From Yuukianura sp. NJ FZ-2021 (lineage: Eukaryota), in NCBI GenBank assembly GCA_046563655.1, contig JAJCTO010000014.1, positions 248,001-312,000 on the forward strand: a stretch of 64,000 nucleotides of DNA. Direction: 5' to 3'. This document shows positions 47,001 through 55,600 of this stretch, in pieces. Each line of letters starts with the position of its first letter. The first letter of the stretch is position 1. A model generated the notes under the pieces. That model was not told where the DNA came from. It did not search any database and worked only from the letters and a program-made list of their open reading frames with translations. The position numbers and the translations under genes are program-made.

Positions 47001-47909
47001 GTTCGATTTCGGGAGTCTCCGATTTTTGCAAATTTTGCAGCTAGCAATGTTATAGCTAGAAACCAAGCAAAGTATCCCCTTCAAAAACAACTTCGGAAGC
47101 TTTTAAACAACTCGCTGTATGGACAGATGCTGAAAAACAATGCAGATTACATACGTTCAAAGACCATCAGATCTTCGGTGGAAGCGAAAGCAGAACTTGC
47201 GAAAGCAACTTTCAAGTCGTTTGAGATTTTGGACGAAGACACTGCGCTTTTTGACTTTTCAAAAGGAGAAATCACCGATTACAATCTACGCATGATTGGA
47301 CTTGCAATACTTTCAAATGCAAAAATTATGCTCTACTCACACTACTATGACGGACTAAAACGTGAGTTTGGGGACAGGTGCCATCATGTGATGACTCATA
47401 CTGACAGCATAGTTGCTGAAATCCACTGTAGCAGAGCCGAATGCGTAGCTGGTCTGAAACGACTTTCAAATCGCTTCGACTTTTCTAATCTACTGCCGGC
47501 ATCCGAACTCTATGATGCATCTCGGGCAGGAATACCTGGACTCTTGAAGATTCAAGCTGAAGGAATCAAAGAATTTTACTCTACTTCCTGTTCCCAATAT
47601 TCCATGGAAATTGATTCAGCACATGGACAATCCAACATTCTGAAAGCGGGCGGAATTCCGAAAACAGAGGCCAAGGATCTGAGGCACGCTGATTTTAAGC
47701 GCGTAGTTGAGCATGGAGAGGCTTTGAAGAAAGTAAAAATTTCTACGGTGAAAATTTTACATGACCAAATGTTAGTTGTCACAAGTAACCGCTCATCCCT
47801 CACCTCCAGCATCAACGCATCAAGATTTTTTGTGTCAAACACAATTTCCCTTCCCTTTGGAGACAAGCGTATTGACACCATAGTTGATTATGATTTGAAA
47901 AATAATTAG
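44059..47909 (+). CDS. Protein-primed family B DNA polymerase, 3 exons (44059-44088, 44147-44230, 44286-47909)
   Basis: Spliced N-terminal C2H2 finger (CGYQSATLHC...HVETVH). ENGSNW...GRGYIPIP; NCF...HFVCIRDIS; EndoVII/HNH-like CEIC...HHNHFTG...CN; YADINSCY; FEVDLEY; KLLNNSLYG; HTDS; C-terminal SLPFG. Confidence 0.93.
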
Positions 47910-48140
47910 ACTTTTAGAATTGGGAGCTACAAATAAACTCATCTTTAAAGAATGTCTAGACGCTCATGATTTTATGTCTTTGTAATTCGAGTGTCTTAAA
48001 AGTTCCAAAAGATCAATTGCGAAATCATCAATAGCTTTCAAAAGTTTAGCTCTACTGAACTTCTCACAAACAGATCTCTGCACACATTGTCAGTTTAGCT
48101 TCCAGTCTCCAAAAGCGCTCAACAAAAGAATCAAACAATC

Positions 48141-48762
48141 ATGCGTAAGTTTTGAGAAAAACTTTTTAACCTTTAGTCAATTTGTATTTAAATCTTGATT
48201 TCTATTTTTTTTCTCAGCCGCTTGTCATGCATTATGGAGGTGCGTCAAATGTGTCATGATGGGATGTGCGTTCTTCGAATTTAATCGGACTGGACAGGAG
48301 AGGACATTTTGTGGATTGGAAGGAACTGCAAGGGGATACACCTTTAATGTAAACCCTCCCAACTGGGAAGCTTGTCGGAATATCCCGACGACGACGACCA
48401 CTGAGCCACCAACGACGGAACCACCAACCACGGAACCACCAACCACGGAGCCACCAATGACGGACCCACCGGCCACGCTGACCCCGGATGTCCCTGAACC
48501 TTCAATTGAAGCTGCAACGGAATTGAATATTGTCTTGGTCATCATTACTGGTAAGCTATAACTCGTAAATTATGAATATTGCATCAGAATTCTAATTTAA
48601 TAAATCTGTTATTAAGTGGGCTTGCTCCTGGCCATTGCAGTCTATATGGTCACTCGCAACGTGAGGCGCCGTCGACGACCGAGGCCCCTTAGTGACCAAC
48701 TCCAGCGGGGAGAAGCTGCTCTTCAGTTGGAAGCCGTCACCGCCCGTGAAAGCTCCCTTTAG
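48141..48762 (+). CDS. Putative single-pass membrane protein C: PSI-like Cys domain, TEPPT mucin stalk, TM, polybasic tail; 3 exons (48141-48144, 48218-48550, 48617-48762)
   Basis: ACHALWRCVKCVMMGCAFF...FC...AC, (TTEPP)n repeats, IVLVIIT/VGLLLAIAVYMV TM, RRRRRPR, ends ESSL. Canonical GTAAG donors. No signal peptide found. Confidence 0.7.
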
Positions 48763-48785
48763 AAGTTAAACAAATTTTGGAATTT

Positions 48786-48910
48786 TCCTCCCATTAGCTT
48801 CTGTGAGGTGCAACTTGCACCTCACACAAAAACCAAATTGATGTAGTCTCTAGTAGTATTCAAAATTCTCCCATAAGCTCCTGTGAGGTGCAACTTGCAC
48901 CTCACACAAC
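48786..48910. repeat. Two direct copies (80-bp spacing) of a 25-bp palindrome
   Basis: TGTGAGGTGCAA-C-TTGCACCTCACA at 48802-48826 and 48882-48906 within ~43-bp direct repeats. Confidence 0.92.
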
Positions 48911-49197
48911 TCCACATCTCCTTCTAATCCCGTCATTCCCTATCACTTCTGTTCAAAAGAAAACTATTTTAGCTCACCCAATTCCACTTTAAAAATGTTA
49001 TCATTTGTTCGATTGTATTTTACAATTATAAAAAAGTAAATTTTTTTCATTAAATAAAAATTTTTAAAAAATAATTAAAATTAACTACAAAATTTGACAA
49101 ACTGTGTAATTTGTAATGGTTGCAGTACGAGTCAAGGCACAAAATTATAAGCGAACGGCACTTTCCGGCGTTTTTACCAGTTTTTTATTTTTCTTAA

Positions 49198-49705
49198 ACG
49201 AAGATGTCTGATTTTTCCAAAAACAACAGGACTTAATGTTTTTAGCAATGATTTATTTTGGTTTGTTTTTTTGTCCACAACAACCATGGAAATGTTTTTC
49301 AATGGTTGACAAACAAAACAAATGAAAAGAAACAGCGATGAAGAAGTCACCCGTTCTTTGCAAAATCAAACTCAAGCGCCATCTCAATTCTGTTTGTTGA
49401 AATCTCAAAACAAACAAAATGTAAACTCAACTTGCACGTATGAAGTTCACAGTCCACTTTTTTTTCAAAACCTTCAACACTGCTATTGTGGTTAGTTGGT
49501 GCAGGGGTACAGTAAACAAGATAGAGAGAGAGGGAAAGACGCCAGTTCGAAACCGGATTTTTTTTATTTTTTTTCTCTTTTATTTATGCATAATATGTTT
49601 CTAAAATAATTTAACAATTTCAATTTGTATTTTTATAATAATTTAATATTTAATTAATTAATTTAAAATTTGAAATATAAATTTCAGTTTCATTCCGCCA
49701 CCCAT
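49198..49705 (+). repeat. Diverged internal copy of the right subterminal region and inner TIR
   Basis: Colinear with 50968-51148 plus 52202-52537 (e.g. GAAGAAGTCACCCGTTCTTTG, AATGTAAACTCAACTT, GACGCCAGTTCGAAACC, TTTCATTCCRCCACYCAT). Confidence 0.85.
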
Positions 49706-49804
49706 CATGATAAAAGTTTTAAAATAACAAATTTTAAAATCATTTTTGTCATTAAATAGAATGCTTAAAATAATAATTATATTTAATTCCAAAATTTTGA
49801 CAAG

Positions 49805-50185
49805 TTAGTAAAGTGTAATGTGGCACTGAACCCCCAAAACTATTTTGCATCTTCTGACATGACGAAGATAGTTGTCATTCCGGTCAGTTTGGTACTCGCG
49901 GCAGCGACACTGAAACTTGTATTCTTTGGAGGGATTGGACCGCCTGGGGTGTATGTTTTCACAATGTCGCTTGAAAGTAAATTTCCGCTTAAACGACATC
50001 CGACATCCCTCACAGTACAGAGATGAGTAGTCGATGGGTGGTAGTTGAAAACCCATTACGTCTTCCGTTTGAATGGCTACACTTTGCTTCGTTCGATTTC
50101 CAAAACAACGATGCGATTGGTATAAGTCCACAGTTGCAAAGCAGCAGCGACAAGAGAAGCAAACGTATCTGTCGCTGAATTGAGG
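49805..50185 (-). CDS. Zinc-finger protein (last exon; C2HC/C2H2 fingers)
   Basis: After a TTTTAG acceptor: YVCFSCRCCFATVDLYQSHRC, LYCEGCRMSFKRKFTFKRHCENIH, FQCRCREYQTDRNDNYLRHVRRC. Confidence 0.75.
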   Translation of the reverse strand, partial: PQFSDRYVCFSCRCCFATVDLYQSHRCFGNRTKQSVAIQTEDVMGFQLPPIDYSSLYCEGCRMSFKRKFTFKRHCENIHPRRSNPSKEYKFQCRCREYQTDRNDNYLRHVRRCKIVLGVQCHITLY

Positions 50186-50222
50186 CTAAAAAAAATCACA
50201 AAATTCAAAATGAGGGTTTACG

Positions 50223-50990
50223 TTAAAAAAAAAACGTTGACATAACCACAATTTTTTTTTTGAAGCCAAGTTGCATAAACTGAAGTTGTTTCACTGGAGC
50301 TTCAACGGCCGATTGCGCCAGAGTTGTTCCATACTCTCTCCGACGTAGCATGTTGAACTTTGTTCTTAGTTCCGGTGGCATCTCCAAAGGAATCTTAATC
50401 CATCTGAATCTAAAGAAAACGAGAGCCAAAATTAAAACTGAAAAAAATTTTAAATTAATCACTCACGGATAGTAGTCGACTTCTTTTCCCCCGTAACCTA
50501 CGAACATCTCTTCGCCGTATTGTTCTTTGATTTTTGCTTCAGTTTGTTTGTCTTCTTTTTCTCGATACCCGCATTCGTAGTTCCGGCGCGTGGCAAACAC
50601 GGCGGTAATGTTGATGATGTGATACTTGTCAAGTTTGTGGCGTTGTTGTCTTAGAAGCGTCCAGTACTCGTTTGTCTTACCACTTGGACCAGGCGTTTCT
50701 TCCGCAGGAGCCGGGCGCAAAGTATATTCGCTTGGCTAAATTTTCAAAATTTTCGGTTGAATTTGTAATTGAAAACAAAATTGAGACAAAAAAAACTTAC
50801 CGATTCGACCCTGACCCTTTCACCGTCAAAGTCTGGGTCACGAACAGGGTCATCGAAAACATTCTGAAAGTGAGACAGTTATTTGTAATGCTTTTCAGTA
50901 CAAGTAATCGCATAAAATTATAAGGGAACTTACCAGCATTTTGATGCGTTGTATTTTTTTTTGGACGACGAAGTCTTGATTTTTTGAAAA
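50223..50990 (-). CDS. Multi-exon hypothetical protein, weak chromodomain-like pattern
   Basis: GTAAGT/GTGAGT donors near 50930, 50800 and 50465 join DDPVRDPDF.../PSEYTLRP...YHIINITAV...EEMFVGYGG..YY/PFRWIKIPLEMPPELRTKF. Start is uncertain. Confidence 0.45.
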
Positions 50991-51148
50991 ACAACAGAGC
51001 TGAATGTTTTTAACACTGATTTGTTTTTGTTTTTTTGCAACAGCTGTGGTAATGTTTTTGAATTGTTGAGAAACAAAAAATGAAAAGAAACAGAAATGAA
51101 GAAGTCACCCGTTCTTTGTAAAATCCAACTCAAGCGCCATCCCAATTC

Positions 51149-52201
51149 TACGGAAGCGTAAAAGTGCCAACTCAGTACTCGGTGCTCGGTACTTGATGCC
51201 CACTGCGCGGTTCCCAGTACTCGGTTCCCGGTTCCCAGTACTCGGTGCGCGGTTCCCAGTACTCAGTGCGCCGTCCTGATTTCCCAAGATTCATTTCCCG
51301 AGATTCGTTTCTCGAGATTCATTTCGCGAGATTCATTTCCCAAGATTCATTTCCCGAGATTCATTTCTCGAGATTCATTTCCCAAGATTCACTTCCCGAG
51401 ATTCATTTCTCGAGATTAATTATCTCAAGATTCATTTCTCAAGAATACTCAACACTTTACTCACAAGCATGGCAGAAAATTCCAAAAAGTGAAATTAATC
51501 TAATGAATAAATTTTGAAAACAATGATTTCCAAAATATTACCAAAAGAAATTCAAGTTAAACAACTTCAATTTTAAATTGCAGTTCAAAAAAGCACAAAA
51601 CGTTTAGTGAGTCACGCGGGTATTGTTAAATTTAAAGTGTACAATATTCCTCAACTCTTAACAAATGTGAAATTTAACATGCCGGCATGTTAAATGGCCG
51701 CATCTGCCGAACTTGGTTTTGCCGTAACTTGTATCCCTTGCCGGCAAGGGATAATGACGTTTCTTGGAATTGGTGTAGAACTCGAATTTGGACTCGTTTT
51801 GTTAACCTAATTTATGTGTTAGGTAACAAAACGGAATCTCGTGAAATATATCTCGAGAAATGAATCTCGAGAAACGAATCTCGGGAAATGAATCTTGGGA
51901 AATGAATCTCGAGAAATGAATCTCAAGAAACGAATCTCGGGAAATGAATCTTGGGAAATGAATCTCGAGAAATGAATCTCAAGAAACGAATCTCGGGAAA
52001 TTAATCTTGGGAAATGAATCTCGAGAAACGAATCTCGGGAAATGAATCTTGGGAAATCAGGACCGCGCACTGAGTACTGGGAACCGCGCACCGAGTACTG
52101 GGAAGCGGGTACCGAGTAATGGGAACCGCGCAGTTAAACTCCAATGTATTTCTTATGGAGGAGGTAATCGGGAAGCGAGTTGGCCCTTTTAAGCTTCCGT
52201 A
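51149..52201. mobile_element. Nested non-autonomous DNA transposon (IS3EU-like termini) with foldback repeat arrays
   Basis: 25-bp TIR TACGGAAGC(G/T)TAAAAG(T/G)GCCAACTC, 6-bp TSD CAATTC (51143-51148, 52202-52207). Empty site visible in the paralogous copy near 49385. Inverted arrays of 21-bp and 14-bp units. Confidence 0.85.
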
Positions 52202-52354
52202 CAATTCTTTTTGTTGAAATCTTACAACAATCAAAAATGTAAACTCAACTTACAGTGTGAAGTTCATGGGTGCTTTTTTTTTGAAGATTTACAACACTGC
52301 CATAATGATGAGGTGGTGCAGAGATACAGCTCAGAAAATAGGGAGAAAAAAATA

Positions 52355-52649
52355 GACGCCAGTTCGAAACCAGATTTTATTTTTTTTTTTATTTGTTTTT
52401 TCATTTTTTTTTTAAAATTAAACTTGGATAATTTAAAAATAATAAATACAAATTAATAATTAATCAATTAACTAAATTTTGTTTATAAAAATTTATAAAA
52501 TTAAACTTGTAAATTTAAATTTCATTCCACCACTCATTGCCTCAGGGCTAAAAAATTCTCAACAATAGACCGGGGTGAATGGACAGGGGATGGGGCTGTG
52601 GGGAGGGGGGCTTGACCTACATTCTTCTAGTAATCATTTAACACTAACT
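52355..52649 (-). repeat. Right terminal inverted repeat of Polinton-2
   Basis: Reverse complement of 29274-29560. Ends ACACTAACT. Confidence 0.9.
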
Positions 52650-55600
52650 CATTTAAAAAAAAATTTCCCTCCTCACGAACTGAGGGGTTTTAGCGTTCAA
52701 AAGTTTAAATTCTGAATGTGGAGAGAGGCGTCTCTGCCATCGCTGTACTATGAGTCCTTCCTAGACGTGATCAAATTTCCGACAATTCCAAAAACAACAC
52801 AAGTGTTAGCGGTCAAAGTTTGAAGTTACGGCCCCATGCAAACCGGGTAGAAACTTCGCTCAAGGGGGTTCTAAAAGCCGATGCAAACTTTTGAATCATT
52901 TAAAAAAATTTCCCTCCTCACGAACTGAGGGGTTTTAGCGTTCAAAAGTTTCAATTCTGAATGTGGAGAGAGGCGACTCTGCCATCGCTGTACTATGAGT
53001 CCTTCCTAGACGTGATCAAATTTCCGACAATTCCAAAAACAACACAAGTGTTAGCGGTCAAAGTTTGAAGTTACGGCCCCATGCAAACCGGGTAGAAACT
53101 TCGGTCACGGGGGGTTCTATAAGCCGATGCAAACTTTTGAATCATTTAAAAAAATTTCCCTCACGAACTGAGGGGTTTTAGCGTTCAAAAGTTTAAATTC
53201 TGAATGTGGAGAGAGGCGTCTCTGCCATCGCTGTACTATGAGTCCTTCCTAGACGTGATCAAATTTCCGACAATTTCAAAAACAACACAAGTGTTAGCGG
53301 TCAAAGTTTGAAGTTACGGCCCCATGCAAACCAGGTAGAAACTTCGCTCACGGGGGGTTCTAAAAGCCGATGCAAACTTTTGAATCATTTAAAAAAAATT
53401 CCCTCCTCACGAACTGAGGGGTTTTAGCGTTCAAAAGTTTAAATTCTGAATGTGGAGAGAGGCGACTCTGCCATCGCTGTACTATGAGTCCTTCCTAGAC
53501 GTGATCAAATTTCCAACAATTCCAAAAACAACACAAGTGTTAGCGGTCAAAGTTTGAAGTTACGGCCCCATGCAAACCGGGTAGAAACTTCGCTCACGGG
53601 GGTTCTAAAACCCGATGCAAACTTTTGAATCATTTAAAAAAATGTCCCTCCTCACGAACTGAGGGGTTTTAGCGTTCAAAAGTTTAAATTCTGAATGTGG
53701 AGAGAGGCGTCTCTGCCATCGCTGTACTATGAGTCCTTCCTAGACGTGATCAAATTTCCGACAATTCCAAAAACAACACAAGTGTTAGCGGTCAAAGTTT
53801 GAAGTTACGGCCCCATGCAAACCAGGTAGAAACTTCGCTCACGGGGGTTCTAAAAGCCGATGCAAACTTTTGAATCATTTCAAAAAAAATTTCCCTCCTC
53901 ACGAACTGAGGGGTTTTAGCGTTCAAAAGTTTAAATTCTGAATGTGGAGAGAGGCGACTCTGCCATCGCTGTACTCTGAGTCCTTCCTAGACGTGATCAA
54001 ATTTCCAACAATTCCAAAAACAACACAAGTGTTAGCGGTCAAAGTTTGAAGTTACGGCCCCATGCAAACCGGGTAGAAACTTCGCTCACGGGGGGTTCTA
54101 AAACCCGATGCAAACTTTTGAATCATTTAAAAAAATTTCCCTCCTCACGAACTGAGGGGTTTTAGCGTTCAAAAGTTTAAATTCTGAATGTGGAGAGAGG
54201 CGTCTCTGCCATCGCTGTACTATGAGTCCTTCCTAGACGTGATCAAATTTCCGACAATTCCAAAAACAACACAAGTGTTAGCGGTCAAAGTTTGAAGTTA
54301 CGGCCCCATGCAAACCGGGTAGAAACTTCGGTCACGGGGGGTTCTATAAGCCGATGCAAACTTTTGAATCATTTAAAAAAATTTCCCTCACGAACTGAGG
54401 GGTTTTAGCGTTCAAAAGTTTAAATTCTGAATGTGGAGAGAAGCGTCTCTGCCATCGCTGTACTATGAGTCCTTCCTAGACGTGATCAAATTTCCGACAA
54501 TTCCAAAAACAACACAAGTGTTAGCGGTCAAAGTTTGAAGTTACGGCCCCATGCAAACCAGGTAGAAACTTCGCTCACGGGGGTTCTAAAAGCCGATGCA
54601 AACTTTTGAATCATTTAAAAAAAATTTCCCTCCTCACGAACTGAGGGGTTTTAGCGTTCAAAAGTTTAAATTCTGAATGTGGAGAGAGGCGACTCTGCCA
54701 TCGCTGTACTATGAGTCCTTCCTAGACGTGATCAAATTTCCAACAATTCCAAAAACAACACAAGTGTTAGCGGTCAAAGTTTGAAGTTACGGCCCCATGC
54801 AAACCGGGTAGAAACTTCGCTCACGGGGGGTTCTAAAACCCGATGCAAACTTTTGAATCATTTAAAAAAAATTTCCCTCCTCACGAACTGAGGGGTTTTA
54901 GCGTTCAAAAGTTTAAATTCTGAATGTGGAGAGAGGCGTCTCTGCCATCGCTGTACTATGAGTCCTTCCTAGACGTGATCAAATTTCCGACAATTCCAAA
55001 AACAACACAAGTGTTAGTGGTCAAAGTTTGAAGTTACGGCCCCATGCAAACCAGGTAGAAACTTCGCTCACGGGGGGTTCTAAAAGCCGATGCAAACTTT
55101 TGAATCATTTAAAAAAATTTCCCTCCTCACGAACTGAGGGGTTTTAGCGTTCAAAAGTTTAAATTCTGAATGTGGAGAGAGGCGACTCTGCCATCGCTGT
55201 ACTATGAGTCCTTCCTAGACGTGATCAAATTTCCGACAATTCCAAAAACAACACAAGTGTTAGCGGTCAAAGTTTGAAGTTATGGCCTCATGCAAACCGG
55301 GTAGAAACTTCGTTCAAGGGGGGTTCTAAAAGCCGATGCAAACTTTTGAATCATTTAAAAAAAATTTCCCTCACGAACTGAGGGGTTTTAGCGTTCAAAA
55401 GTTTAAATTCTGAATGTGGAGAGAGGCGTCTCTGCCGTCGCTGTACTATGAGTCCTTCCTAGACGTGATCAAATTTCCGACAATTCCAAAAACAACACAA
55501 GTGTTGGCGGTCAAAGTTTGAAGTTACGGCCCCATGCAAACCGGGTAGAAACTTCGCTCACGGGGGTTCTAAAAGCCGATGCAAACTTTTGAATCATTTA

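Larger units (their letters stand above)
29274..52649. mobile_element. Complete Polinton/Maverick element 2 (23,376 bp), TSD CATTTA
   Basis: Termini AGTTAGTGTTAAATG...CATTTAACACTAACT. 6-bp TSD CATTTA at 29268-29273 and 52650-52655. Satellite resumes in exact phase. Encodes integrase, pPolB, protease, MCP and PZ. Confidence 0.97.

Noticed and set aside
51105..52234. FISRDSF-repeat ORFs
   Set aside because: Translations of 14-bp and 21-bp tandem repeats, mirrored on both strands.
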